DNA of 64,000 bases from Opitutales bacterium (GTDB lineage Bacteria; Verrucomicrobiota; Verrucomicrobiia; Opitutales; UBA2987): assembly GCA_965226885.1 (NCBI GenBank), contig CBDDEL010000013.1:288001-352000 (forward strand), given 5' to 3'. Every line of letters starts with the position of its first letter. Position 1 is the first letter of the stretch. Both the position numbers and the translations under genes were made by a program. A model generated the notes under the pieces. It saw nothing but the letters and a program-made list of their open reading frames with translations, did no database searches and had not been told where the DNA came from. Below, one piece after another: positions 42,857 through 53,066 of this stretch.

Positions 42857-43586
42857 TCAGTTGCCGATGCTGGGCCGAACAATGGTGGCGGCACTGTTGG
42901 CCGCCTTGGAAATGTCGGTGGTTGGAGCCTGGGTGGTGTAATCAATGAGGACGCCTTGTCCGTCTTCGCCTTTGAGGTTTTTGAAGAATTCCACATGTCC
43001 GTCGAGAAATGCGATGTGCCCCCCGGTCCCTTCCCAGGGCGAAGTATCGGGGTCCCAGGTGCCGTCCGCCCTCAGGCCCCGGGTCCAAATAAGTGGTGTG
43101 GTGGAGGCGGGAGCTCGCGGGCTCAGCCCAGTAAAGGCCTCGTAGCCCACCGGAGAGTCTTCCCAGGCCGGTTCAACGGTGAGCGCCCCGGTTTCGCGAT
43201 TATTACGCACGATGATCCGCGGCAGGGTGGCAGCTCCGCGGCAGGGTGGCAGCCACGGCCAGTGGATCGACATCCACATAATAAAGTGCGGCGTCGTTCA
43301 AATCTGACTCGGCAGCCAGGAATTGAGCCCACTGATAAATATCGGTAACGGCTTTTTCACCGGTGTTGGGGATGGATCGGGTACGCTCCTTTTGGTTAGC
43401 GAAAGTCAGGTAACCGAGCGTGATTTGACGAAGGTTGCTGCTCGCTTTTTGCATTTGAGCCAGTTCCTTGGCCTTGCCCACAGCGGGTATGATAAGTGCC
43501 ACCAGTATGCCGATAATGGCGATAACTGTTAAAAGTTCCACCAAGGTGAAGCCGGGGCGCTGGCCGCTATTTCGGTTAAATTGCAT
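42857..43586 (-). pseudogene. Prepilin-type N-methylation / H-X9-DG-type protein frameshifted by a 19-bp duplication
   Basis: [18 protein letters not shown]-terminus and GHIAFLDGHV C-terminus lie in different frames; removing one repeat unit gives 711 bp = 237 codons. Confidence 0.9.
43216..43253. repeat. 19-bp tandem duplication
   Basis: TCCGCGGCAGGGTGGCAGC x2. Confidence 0.9.
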
Positions 43587-43647
43587 AGTTTTGCCTGCTA
43601 TTGATTTTGCGGAAGGATAGTAAAAAACAGGCCCTCGTCAAGATTGG

Positions 43648-44916
43648 TCAATAGGGTAGGGGAAAGCGTTGGCAAAGATCGAGAGCGATTGTTTTGGCCT
43701 GCGCAATTTTTTCTTCATCGGCGGGATCGGCCAGGACCCCGGCAATGGCTTTGGCAATGGTTTTCATTTCTTCCGTTTGCAATCCGCGGGTCGTTACGGC
43801 GGGGGATCCCAGGCGTAAACCGCTGGCTTGAAAAGGGCTCCTCGTTTCCCCCGGCACGGTGTTTTTGTTGGTCGTAATGTTGGCTTTATCGAGGGCTTGC
43901 TGGGCCGCTTTACCCGTTAAATCGGGATGAGTTTTGCGAAAATCAAGCATCAGCAGGTGGTTCTCCGTGCCTCCGCTGACGATGTCGAAGCCCAGTTCCA
44001 GAAGGGCTTCGGCCAGAGCCTTGGCATTTTTCACCACTTGCCCCTGGTATTCTTTGAACTGAGGTTTGAGTGCTTCCTGAAAGCATACTGCTTTGGCCGC
44101 GATGACATGCATGAGCGGCCCGCCCTGGGTTCCCGGAAAGAGAGAGGAGTCAATCGTCCGACCATTTTCTTGACGGCACAAGATTACGCCGCCGCGGGGG
44201 CCGCGCAGGGTTTTGTGGGTGGTGGAAGTGACAAAATCGGCATGGGGAATGGGAGAAGGATGCAATCCGGCCACGACCAATCCCGCGATGTGGGCAATGT
44301 CCGCCATGAGCAGCGCGCCGCAATCACGAGCAATTTGCCCCATGCGCTCGAAGTCGATGATCCTCGAATAAGCGGAAGCTCCCACTGTTATCATTTTGGG
44401 TTTTTCCCGCGCGGCGATACGCGCCAATTCGTCGTAATCGATCAGGCCGGTTTCTTCAACCACACCGTAATTGACCACTTGGTAGAGTTTTCCGCTGAAA
44501 TTGACGGGGGAACCGTGGGTCAGATGGCCGCCGTGGGGCAGGCTCATGGTTAAAATTTTATCTCTCGGCTGGAGCACGGCGAAATAAACGGCGGCGTTGG
44601 CCTGACTGCCGGAATGGGGCTGCACATTGGCGTGTTCGGCCCCGAATAGCTGCTTGGCCCGGTCGATGGCCAGTTGCTCGGCCACATCCACGAATTTGCA
44701 GCCGCCATACCAGCGCCGGCGCGGATAACCTTCCGCATATTTGTTGGTCATGACGCTGCCCTGCGCTTCCAGAACGGCCGGAAAGGTGAAATTCTCGGAG
44801 GCAATCAGCTCAAGGTGGGTTTGCTGCCGTTGAACTTCATCCTGGATGGCCGCATATATTTCGGGATCCAGTATTTCCAGGGGCCGGTTGTCGAAAGTCA
44901 GTTTGTCCGTATTCAT
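43648..44916 (-). CDS. glyA: Serine hydroxymethyltransferase
   Basis: [28 protein letters not shown]. Confidence 0.98.
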   Translation of the reverse strand: MNTDKLTFDNRPLEILDPEIYAAIQDEVQRQQTHLELIASENFTFPAVLEAQGSVMTNKYAEGYPRRRWYGGCKFVDVAEQLAIDRAKQLFGAEHANVQPHSGSQANAAVYFAVLQPRDKILTMSLPHGGHLTHGSPVNFSGKLYQVVNYGVVEETGLIDYDELARIAAREKPKMITVGASAYSRIIDFERMGQIARDCGALLMADIAHIAGLVVAGLHPSPIPHADFVTSTTHKTLRGPRGGVILCRQENGRTIDSSLFPGTQGGPLMHVIAAKAVCFQEALKPQFKEYQGQVVKNAKALAEALLELGFDIVSGGTENHLLMLDFRKTHPDLTGKAAQQALDKANITTNKNTVPGETRSPFQASGLRLGSPAVTTRGLQTEEMKTIAKAIAGVLADPADEEKIAQAKTIALDLCQRFPLPY

Positions 44917-44928
44917 AAAATTGTTCTC

Positions 44929-45423
44929 TCACTTGAGATTGGGAGCGAGGTTTTCTCTTAAATATTGGATGCACGAAGGGATGGCTTCGACCAGATTATC
45001 CCGGCAATTTTCATAGGCCTCAAGCGGCATGCCGTAGGGATCGGGCAGTTGGGTATTGGCCGGGGGGTCGATAAATTGGCGGAAGAGGAGCACCGGCGCC
45101 TCAACACCGGGAAAAAACTCTTTCAATAAATATTGATGCGCATCGGTCATGCAAAAAAAGACCAGAGAGTTATCAACAATTTCCTGGGTGAGGGAGTGGC
45201 TGAAGTGGTCGGAAAGGTCCAGGCTGACTTTCTGCAGGGCGCGGATCGAGTTTTCAGAAGCCCGCTCCCCTTCATAGGATGAGATTCCAGCCGAGATCAC
45301 GGGAATGGATCGCAACGGCTCGTCCTCAGCCTTGAGAGCGTGGGCCAGAAGCCGTTCCGCCATTGGGCTGCGGCAGGTGTTCGCCGTGCATAGGCAGGTT
45401 ATATATCCGGGGATTGGAGCCAT
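44929..45423 (-). CDS. Low-molecular-weight protein tyrosine/arginine phosphatase
   Basis: CTANTCRSPMAE P-loop and DPYG. Confidence 0.9.
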   Translation of the reverse strand: MAPIPGYITCLCTANTCRSPMAERLLAHALKAEDEPLRSIPVISAGISSYEGERASENSIRALQKVSLDLSDHFSHSLTQEIVDNSLVFFCMTDAHQYLLKEFFPGVEAPVLLFRQFIDPPANTQLPDPYGMPLEAYENCRDNLVEAIPSCIQYLRENLAPNLK

Positions 45424-45584
45424 GGCTTTAATCTCAAAATGTGGAGCGTTTTATCCTCATTGTAAAGAAGCAATCCCTGGCCAATCCCATAACGGCAAAA
45501 TGGCCATGAGGTATCCTAAAATAGTAATAGGCCGCCTTTTGATTTGTCTTTTGAGATCATCATCATTTTTCTCAAAGGAACTTT

Positions 45585-47024
45585 ATGCGGATATATTTCA
45601 TGGGTCTTTGTGGAGTTGCCATGGGCAACACGGCGATTTTGCTGCAAAGCCTGGGCTACGATGTGAGCGGCGCCGACAGCGGCGTTTACCCGCCCATGTC
45701 GGATGCTCTGCGGGAAGCTGGCATCCAGTGTTTTGAGGGTTTTGATCCCCGCCGACTGGAATCCATCGGCCCGGACCTGGTTATCATTGGCAACGCCCTT
45801 TCCAGGGGAAACCCCGAAGTGGAGTGGTTGTGGCAGACCCGTCGATTTCCCTATACCTCTCTGCCTGCATTTATCGGCAAAAAGTTTTTGCAAAACCGGA
45901 AAAGTATTGTCGTCACCGGCACCCACGGCAAGACGACGACTTCATCCCTGACGGCGGCTCTGCTACGGGCCCACGGCAAAGACCCCGGATACTTCATTGG
46001 CGGCATACCTCTTGATTTGCCCGGTGGGGCGGCTTGCGGCGACCCCGGCGACCCTTTTGTGATTGAAGGCGACGAATACGATTGCGCCTTTTTCGACAAA
46101 CGCAGCAAATTCATTCATTATAATCCCGATATTTTAATCATCAACAACCTGGAGTTCGATCACGGAGACGTTTTTCGCGATTTGCAAGATGTGCAAAGAA
46201 GTTTCGACCATCTCCTGCGGCTGGTCCCGGCCAACGGCTGCATCCTGGCCAATGGCGACGATGCCAACCTGAAAGAACTGCTGCCGTCTGCCTGGACGCA
46301 AACTATGTTCGTGGGCATGGGTAGCGGCAACGATTTACGTATTCTCGATTACAAAACGGAAAATGCGGGTTCGGCTTTTATCCTGCAATGGCGGGGGCAA
46401 ACATGGGGTCGGGTCTCCTGGGGGCTGCACGGCATATTCAACGCCCGCAACGCAGCCATGGCCGCCCTGGCCGCAGCCCTGGCCCTCAATCCTGAACCTA
46501 AAGATGTTTCCCAAATGTCCCTGGCCCCTCTTGGAGGGATGAAAGGGGTCAAACGCCGTCAGGAAATATTGTTCGAAAATGATGACCTGATGGTGATGGA
46601 GGACTTCGGTCATCACCCCACGGCCATCGCTGGCACACTAGAGACCTTGCAGCTCCGTTATCCGCGCTGCCGCCTGGCTGCCTGTTTTGAGGCACGCAGC
46701 AATACCGCCCGTTCCTCCGTCTTTCAAACGGAATTTGGCGACGCCTTGGCATTGGCCGACAGCGTCTTTCTGGGGCCGGTCCATCGGCTTGAAAAATTGG
46801 CCCCCGACCTCGCCCTCGATACCGGTCAATTAACCGGGATGCTCCACCAAAAAGAGGTTGATGCGCATGCCTTCGAAACCAATGCCGGCCTTTTGGAAGC
46901 GGTTCACCGCCTCTGTCTTGAGGCCCGGCGCGAAAAGCTCGTTCTCTGTTTCTTTTCCAACGGATCCTTCGATGGTGTAATGGATACTCTGGTCAACCGT
47001 TTGCAGAAAATCGTTTCGGTGTGA
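45585..47024 (+). CDS. mpl: Murein peptide ligase (Mpl-like Mur ligase)
   Basis: GLCGVAMG, YPPMS, GTHGKTTT, EGDEYDCAFFDKRSKF, EDFGHHPTAI. Confidence 0.9.
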   Translation: MRIYFMGLCGVAMGNTAILLQSLGYDVSGADSGVYPPMSDALREAGIQCFEGFDPRRLESIGPDLVIIGNALSRGNPEVEWLWQTRRFPYTSLPAFIGKKFLQNRKSIVVTGTHGKTTTSSLTAALLRAHGKDPGYFIGGIPLDLPGGAACGDPGDPFVIEGDEYDCAFFDKRSKFIHYNPDILIINNLEFDHGDVFRDLQDVQRSFDHLLRLVPANGCILANGDDANLKELLPSAWTQTMFVGMGSGNDLRILDYKTENAGSAFILQWRGQTWGRVSWGLHGIFNARNAAMAALAAALALNPEPKDVSQMSLAPLGGMKGVKRRQEILFENDDLMVMEDFGHHPTAIAGTLETLQLRYPRCRLAACFEARSNTARSSVFQTEFGDALALADSVFLGPVHRLEKLAPDLALDTGQLTGMLHQKEVDAHAFETNAGLLEAVHRLCLEARREKLVLCFFSNGSFDGVMDTLVNRLQKIVSV

Positions 47025-47947
47025 AAGCTAAACCGGGGAGGGAGGAAGCAACCGGGATGGAGGATGACATCGACGGTTTTCTGGCTTATTGCGAACTAGA
47101 AAAAGGCCTTTCTGCAAACACTACTGAGGGTTACGAAAGCGACCTGACCCAATTTGCCGGGTTCCTTGCCCAAAAGAGAGTAGGCAAGTGGTCCCTGGCC
47201 CGTCCTGAACACGTTGCCGGATGGATCAACCATTTGAGTGGCCAAGGATTTGCCGTGGCTACCCTGGCCCGAAAATTATCGACACTCAAAATGTTCGCCC
47301 GCCATCTTCTCAGGGAAAAAAAATGCGATGAAGACTATACCGTTTTGCAGGCTGCTCCGCGAGCCAGTCGAAAACTTCCGGACACTTTGACGAGGAAGGA
47401 AGTCGAGCGGCTCCTGGCCATACCAGACCAGTCCACGCCCCAGGGGGCCAGGGATCGCGCCATCATGGAACTGGCTTATAGCAGCGGACTGAGGGTTTCC
47501 GAGATTTGTTCGCTGGAACTGCAGGACGTCGATCTGGAAAACGGATTCGTGCGCGTTCACTCCGGCAAAGGCAGGAAGGACCGGGTGGTGCCCTTGGGAG
47601 CCCCGGCCATTGAAGCGGTCGATGTCTATGCCACGGCGGCCCGCTCGCGTTTGGTCAAACCTAATACCGGGAGCGCGCTTTTCCTGAGTAACCGGGGAAA
47701 GGCCATCTCTCGGAAAACGGTTTGGCTGCGCATCCGGCAATGGGCTCGCCGGGCCGGCCTTCCCATGGCAGTGAAACCTCATGATTTGAGGCATTCATTC
47801 GCCACTCATCTGCTTGAAGGCGGAGCCGATTTGCGGGCCATCCAGGAAATGCTGGGGCACTCCGATATTTCCACCACACAGATTTATACGGCGGTGGAAA
47901 AGGAACGTTTATGGGAGCAGCACGCCCGCTTCCATCCCAGAAAATAA
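47021..47947 (+). CDS. xerD: Site-specific tyrosine recombinase
   Basis: YSSGLRVSE, GKGRKDR, HDLRHSFATHLL, LGHSDISTTQIY; the start may be the ATG at 47057. Confidence 0.85.
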   Translation: MKAKPGREEATGMEDDIDGFLAYCELEKGLSANTTEGYESDLTQFAGFLAQKRVGKWSLARPEHVAGWINHLSGQGFAVATLARKLSTLKMFARHLLREKKCDEDYTVLQAAPRASRKLPDTLTRKEVERLLAIPDQSTPQGARDRAIMELAYSSGLRVSEICSLELQDVDLENGFVRVHSGKGRKDRVVPLGAPAIEAVDVYATAARSRLVKPNTGSALFLSNRGKAISRKTVWLRIRQWARRAGLPMAVKPHDLRHSFATHLLEGGADLRAIQEMLGHSDISTTQIYTAVEKERLWEQHARFHPRK

Positions 47948-47965
47948 CTGACCCGACCCTTACCG

Positions 47966-48622
47966 CTATTGGTGGTTGAAGCGGCTTAGCAGTCCCATGA
48001 CCAAAACCACGCAGATAGAGACCCCCAGGATAATGGCCGAAAGTATGGCCGCCTGGGTCATTTCACCCGCTTCGACGGAAAAGAAAATGGCTATGGGAGC
48101 TGTTTGGGTCCGCCCGGGGATATTGCCTGCGATCATGAGAGTGGCACCAAACTCACCCAAGGCTCTCATGAAACAGATGACCAGGCCCGCGGCCACCCCG
48201 GCCCAGCTTAATGGCAGCATGACTTGCCAGAGAATGCGCCACTCGCTGAACCCGAAAATGCGGGCCGCATCGAGGAGCGCAGGATCGATTTGCATGAAGG
48301 CGGCCCGCAGGGTCTGGTACATGAGGGGGAAAGATACTACGGTTGCGGCCAGAACCGCGGCGGGCCAGGAAAAGACGATGTTCAGGCCGATGAGTTCGAG
48401 CAAACTGCCGACCGGAGATTGACGGCCGAATATTAAAATCAGCCCCAGACCTATTACCGTCGGGGGCAGGGCCAGTGGAAACATCAATATACCATCGAGA
48501 ATCTGGAAGCTCCGGCTCTCGAAACGCAAGCGCCAGCGAGCCGCCAGCGCACCCAGCACAAAAACAATGAGGGTGGCGGTGGCGGCCGTTTTAAGAGATA
48601 TCCAAAGGGGTGAAAATTCCAT
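47966..48622 (-). CDS. modB: Molybdate ABC transporter permease
   Basis: PLALPPTVIG, RALGEFGATLMIAGNIPGRTQT. Confidence 0.95.
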   Translation of the reverse strand: MEFSPLWISLKTAATATLIVFVLGALAARWRLRFESRSFQILDGILMFPLALPPTVIGLGLILIFGRQSPVGSLLELIGLNIVFSWPAAVLAATVVSFPLMYQTLRAAFMQIDPALLDAARIFGFSEWRILWQVMLPLSWAGVAAGLVICFMRALGEFGATLMIAGNIPGRTQTAPIAIFFSVEAGEMTQAAILSAIILGVSICVVLVMGLLSRFNHQ

Positions 48623-48652
48623 TTGTAAACTTGGAAGCCGATTGTTTCTAAA

Positions 48653-49416
48653 TCAGTCTAATTCCTTTTCCACAATCCCAAATCCATAAGAAATGAAGAT
48701 GGCTTTGGCTTTTTCGCCGCTTAGAAATTCTATGAATCGGGCGGCATTGTTGGGTTGCCCGGTTCCATTCACCATTGCGACCGAATACCGGATGGGTGAA
48801 TGCAATTGGGCTGGAAGTTCAGGTCCTATCGAGATATTCGGGGATCGTTTGGCATCGCTGGCGTAAACAATACCAGCATCAACCTGGCCGGTTTCCACAT
48901 AAGTTTTCACTTGCAGGGCGTTTTTCGAATAAATCAGTTTTTCCTCCAAACGGCTCCATAGGCTCAGTTTCTGCAGCGCCTCTTTTGCATAGTATCCCGC
49001 AGGAACACTGCGAATCTCCCCGATGGCAATTTTACGAACGGACGGCGAGGTCAATCGGTAAAATTGGAAAAACGTTTTCCATCGGACGGGGAGATCAAGA
49101 CCAGGCTGTTGGTGAGCAAATCTAATTCCGATTGCGGCTTGATTAAACCCGATTGGACCAGGTTTCGCATATGAATATCGGCTGCGGAAATGAACAAATC
49201 AACCGGCGCGCCGTTTTCAATTTGGCGGCTGAGAGAACCGGAGGCGCCGAAATTGAAAGTCAGCTGGATGCCGGGAAAGGTTTCCCTGAAATGGTCGCCG
49301 ATTATTTTCAATGGATCGCGTAGGCTGACGGCTGCCGACACCGTTAATTCATTTCGCTTTCCGCAGCCCGACAAGAAAATTAAAGTAATCGCCAGAAAAA
49401 ATGTAAATACTTTCAT
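48653..49416 (-). pseudogene. modA: Molybdate-binding lipoprotein with a 1-nt frameshift near 49053
   Basis: SAAVSL, FGASGSLSRQIENGAPVD in one frame; SVPAGYYA, DAGIVYASD in another; adding one T joins them. Confidence 0.85.
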
Positions 49417-50102
49417 TCTACCGTTAGAGATATTCCGTTGTGGGATGCTTTTAAGTTCAAAATATAGGGAGCCGCCCGCTCTGCCCATACGGCCGGGTTG
49501 GGATAATTGGCCGCCGATTCTTTCCCAAAGGTGCTTTTCAGCATGTCCGTGTTGACGGGACCGGGACCGAGGGGAATGGCGGCCATGCCGTTGGGTAGTT
49601 CTTTCGCGAGGGCTTTGGTGAGGGCTTCTATGCCCCACTTGGCGGCACAGTAAGGCGCGATTTTTGGATACCCGCTGCGCCCCGCGCCGGAGCTGAAATT
49701 AACGATGATGCCTCTTCCGGATTTTATCATGGACGGTAGAAAAGCCCGCAGAACATTGGTCGTCCCTTTCAAGCCCACATCGATGACGTTTGAAAATTCT
49801 TCCGACGGGACTTCCCACAGCCGGTTGTTTTTGTTAATGAGAGCGGCGTTGTTGATGAGCAGGTCCGGGGCGCCGTATTTATCCAGGGCGGCACTGGCCC
49901 AACCCTTAACGGCGGCCCAATCCAAAACGTCAACCGCCTGTAACAAGTGGGCCGGGCCAAGTTTTTTGCCCAAATTTCTCAGGTCGACTTCGTTTCTTCC
50001 GCAACCGACGACGGTTTGCCCGAGCTTCACAAATTTTTGCGTTAAAGCGCGCCCCAGCCCGCGGGAGACCCCGGTAATGACGATGCAGGATGCACGATGC
50101 AT
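49413..50102 (-). CDS. SDR-family oxidoreductase
   Basis: TGVSRGLG, LINNAA, YCAAK; its stop overlaps the modA start (ATGA). Confidence 0.9.
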   Translation of the reverse strand: MHRASCIVITGVSRGLGRALTQKFVKLGQTVVGCGRNEVDLRNLGKKLGPAHLLQAVDVLDWAAVKGWASAALDKYGAPDLLINNAALINKNNRLWEVPSEEFSNVIDVGLKGTTNVLRAFLPSMIKSGRGIIVNFSSGAGRSGYPKIAPYCAAKWGIEALTKALAKELPNGMAAIPLGPGPVNTDMLKSTFGKESAANYPNPAVWAERAAPYILNLKASHNGISLTVE

Positions 50103-50130
50103 GATGCATGATGCAGGACGCTGGATGCCG
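50082..50130. repeat. Degenerate heptamer tandem repeat (GATGCAN x7)
   Basis: GATGCAG GATGCAC GATGCAT GATGCAT GATGCAG GACGCTG GATGCCG. Confidence 0.8.
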
Positions 50131-50192
50131 GGCGCAAGATTGTAAAAACAAATTCACTTGCCATTGCCCAACCTGTTTGCCGCCATAGGGCC

Positions 50193-50975
50193 ATGGAAAT
50201 CATTTTTATGGGAACCGGCACTTCTCAAGGCGTCCCCATGATTGCCCATGATGCTCCCGATCTCGATTTGGATAACCCCAAAAACTGGCGCACCCGCCCC
50301 AGTATTCATGTGGAAATGGACGGCTGTCATGTCCAGGTGGACGCCGGCCAGGAGTTTCGCATCCAATGTCTGAGGGAAAACATTCGTCAGGTTGACCATT
50401 TCATATTAACCCACCGGCATGCCGACCATGTCATGGGCATGGACGATTTGAGGCGTTTTTGCGCCATGCGCGAATCCACTAAGCTCCCTGTTTACAGCAC
50501 TACCGATGGGCTTCAATGCATCGAGAGCATTTTCCCCTATGCGGTCAATCGGACCAAGCCAATCAACCGTTTTTACCCCGCTTTTGAATTGATTGAGATG
50601 CCCGCCGTTCTTGATCTCGAGTGCGGTTGCATTCACTCAACCCTTCTGCCCCACGGTCCGATCGATACTTTAGGATTGATCTTTGTCGAGCGTAGTTCCG
50701 GTAAGAAGGCGGTTTATTTCACGGATTGCAACGCGGTGCGGCCCAACCAGCGCGAGATGGCCCGAAATTCCGATGTCGTCATTCTTGACGCTTTGCAGCC
50801 AAGAACACACCCCACCCACATGTCAATCGATGAGGCGGTGGAAACGGCCCTGGATATAGGCGCCCCCCAATCTTATTTTACCCATATGGCATTTCCAGTG
50901 GACCATGACATCGTGGATGGGGAGCTTCCCGATGGCATTTCATTGGCTTATGACGGTCTTCGGGTAATCCTTTAA
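50193..50975 (+). CDS. MBL-fold metallohydrolase (PhnP/LipB-like)
   Basis: GTGTSQGVP, THRHADHVMG, HPTHMS. Confidence 0.9.
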   Translation: MEIIFMGTGTSQGVPMIAHDAPDLDLDNPKNWRTRPSIHVEMDGCHVQVDAGQEFRIQCLRENIRQVDHFILTHRHADHVMGMDDLRRFCAMRESTKLPVYSTTDGLQCIESIFPYAVNRTKPINRFYPAFELIEMPAVLDLECGCIHSTLLPHGPIDTLGLIFVERSSGKKAVYFTDCNAVRPNQREMARNSDVVILDALQPRTHPTHMSIDEAVETALDIGAPQSYFTHMAFPVDHDIVDGELPDGISLAYDGLRVIL

Positions 50976-51007
50976 ACAGGCAGGGGTAAATCCGTTTTCG
51001 CTTATGA

Positions 51008-52030
51008 TTATTCGTTGGCCGCTTTTGAAGCTGGATCCGACGGTAGGTTTTGCCCCGGACTTTCTTTCGGTTCTTCAATCACCCCGATTTCTCGGTATTT
51101 ATGGTAGCGGTCTATTAGCAACGCTTTGGAAGTAAAGGCTCTTAATTCCTTAAGATGCCGGGATATCGCTTCGCGAACATTTTCAGCGGCCAGTTCGGTG
51201 TCGCGATGAGCGCCCCCGAAGGGTTCCGTGATGATTTCATCGGCCACGCCCAGGCGGTAGAGGTCAGTGGCGCCGATTTTCATCGCTTCGGCTGCTTTGG
51301 AGGCATGCGATCGGTCTTTCCATAGGATCGCGGCCGAGGCTTCTGGAGAAGCCACCGAATAGTAAGCGAATTGGAGGATGAGAATGCGATCAGCTACCCC
51401 TATGCCGATGGCTCCACCGGAGCCGCCCTCCCCAATTACAATGGCAATGATCGGAACCGGTAGTTGGCTCATATCCATCAAATTTGTCGCAATGGCTTCT
51501 GCCACGTGGCATTCTTCGGCCTTGATGCCCGGGTAGGCGCCGGGTGTATCGATGAATGAAATCAGCGGCAGATTGAATTTTCCCGCCGTTTTCATGAGGC
51601 GGTTGGCCTTGCGGTATCCCTGGGGCTGGGGCATGCCGAAATTGCGCCGCAAATTTTCCTTGGTTCCCCGGCCTTTTTGCTGGGCCAGAAGCATGACCGC
51701 CTTACCCTCGAAAAAGGCCGTGCCGCCAATGAGGGCCTGATCGTCGCCCATTCGCCGGTCGCCGTGCAGCTCTTGAAAATCGTCAAAAATGGCATCGATA
51801 TAATCAAGCGAATAGGGCCTTTTGGGGTGGCGCGCCAATTGAACTTTTTGCCAGGCGGTGAGGTTGGCAAAAATTTCCCGCCGGGTGGCCTCGATTTTTT
51901 TTTCGATCGCCCCGATTTCTTTTCGAACATCCAATTTGTGTTTTTTGGATGTGTTATTGAGAGTAAACAGCTGCTCTTCGAGGTCGCGCAGCGGCTTTTC
52001 AAAATCAAGTGCATATTGCGGTTTATCCAT
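51008..52030 (-). CDS. accA: Acetyl-CoA carboxylase carboxyltransferase alpha subunit
   Basis: LDFEKP, ARHPKRP, DTPGAYPG, GEGGSGGA. Confidence 0.97.
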   Translation of the reverse strand: MDKPQYALDFEKPLRDLEEQLFTLNNTSKKHKLDVRKEIGAIEKKIEATRREIFANLTAWQKVQLARHPKRPYSLDYIDAIFDDFQELHGDRRMGDDQALIGGTAFFEGKAVMLLAQQKGRGTKENLRRNFGMPQPQGYRKANRLMKTAGKFNLPLISFIDTPGAYPGIKAEECHVAEAIATNLMDMSQLPVPIIAIVIGEGGSGGAIGIGVADRILILQFAYYSVASPEASAAILWKDRSHASKAAEAMKIGATDLYRLGVADEIITEPFGGAHRDTELAAENVREAISRHLKELRAFTSKALLIDRYHKYREIGVIEEPKESPGQNLPSDPASKAANE

Positions 52031-52150
52031 TAATTAATTAATTAACAGTTGAGATTATGATATCACGACCAGACCCCGTCAATGTCCCTTCGTCTTGGCC
52101 GAGGCCGAGAATCCAATCCTTTTAACTCATTGATAATTAAAAGTATGTAT

Positions 52151-52507
52151 TCAAGAAGATTTTTCGTTCGGAGGATTTTTCAGTTCGTCTTTCCAACTAA
52201 GGGTGCGGGCCTTGGCCCCAAATTTTTCTGCTTTTTCCTTGTTGCCTCGTTCCATCCAGATTCTGGATAAACTGGTATTAATATGTATGTCCTGGGGGCA
52301 AATGGCAAGGGCTTTTTCTGCGGCCTCAAGGGCCTCGTCGAGGTGGCGCAAGGAGAAGCAAACTTCTGCCAGGGCATGCCAGGCGGCAAAAGATTGCGGG
52401 TCCTGGCCCACAGCTTGGTGAAGCTTCTGCAGGGCAATTTCGTTTTCTCCTAGAGTGAAGTCCAGGGTTGCCTCTTCCACTATATTTTGAATTTCGCTCC
52501 GATTCAT
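52151..52507 (-). CDS. TPR-repeat protein
   Basis: DPQSFAAWHALAE...LDEALEAAEKALAICP TPR pattern. Confidence 0.85.
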   Translation of the reverse strand: MNRSEIQNIVEEATLDFTLGENEIALQKLHQAVGQDPQSFAAWHALAEVCFSLRHLDEALEAAEKALAICPQDIHINTSLSRIWMERGNKEKAEKFGAKARTLSWKDELKNPPNEKSS

Positions 52508-52628
52508 GACTATCGAGTAGTCAGAAAGGATGGAGCAGGTCTTTAAAGGGGCAACCTAAATCCCCGCTTCCCGGCAAGTCATTTTAATAATTTTCCGCCA
52601 ACTTCTGGCGGAATCGCCGGGTTGGTGA

Positions 52629-52807
52629 TTATTGGGCGTGGTAGCTGAAATACTGGCAGTAGGAACTTTTGAACCAATAATCGGCTACTTCCTCATTCGT
52701 CACCGAACTTTGAGAGCGCGCTGTAATTTTCTGCGCAGGCAGCGAATCGCTTCAATTTGCGTGCTTTTTGATTCGCTCTCAATTTCTCGGGATAAACGAT
52801 TTTTCAT
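52629..52807 (-). pseudogene. Small hypothetical gene (~59 aa) with a probable 1-nt frameshift
   Basis: MKNRLSREIESESKSTQIEAIRCLRRKLQRALK / SVTNEEVADYWFKSSYCQYFSYHAQ*; 179 bp, one extra base gives 60 codons. Confidence 0.4.
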
Positions 52808-52923
52808 GGGTAGCCTGGATTTCGTTTTAGTGGACGTTAAATGCCTTATTTCGTAGTAAAATATTACGTCCTAAATGTAAAAAAATGAAGATTTTCGCAC
52901 TAATTTTACATTTTTTTTACAAA

Positions 52924-52965
52924 CAGCTTTTCGATTTCCACCCCCAGCTTTTCGATTTCCACCCC
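52924..52965. repeat. 21-bp tandem duplication (intergenic)
   Basis: CAGCTTTTCGATTTCCACCCC x2. Confidence 0.9.
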
Positions 52966-53066
52966 CTTTTACCCTCTTGAATATGTTATTCCCCAATCGG
53001 AATGTCTGGCTAGGTACTATGCCTCTTATGAGGCGTATCAGGGGTCGATGTTTGTATAAAATGGTT

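Noticed and set aside
47021..47947. Tyrosine recombinase as an integron integrase or phage integrase
   Set aside because: Size, motifs and linkage to mpl fit XerD; it lacks the IntI-specific insertion.
52593..52613. Hairpin TTCCGCCA-ACTTC-TGGCGGAA as an intrinsic terminator
   Set aside because: No convincing U-tract on either strand.
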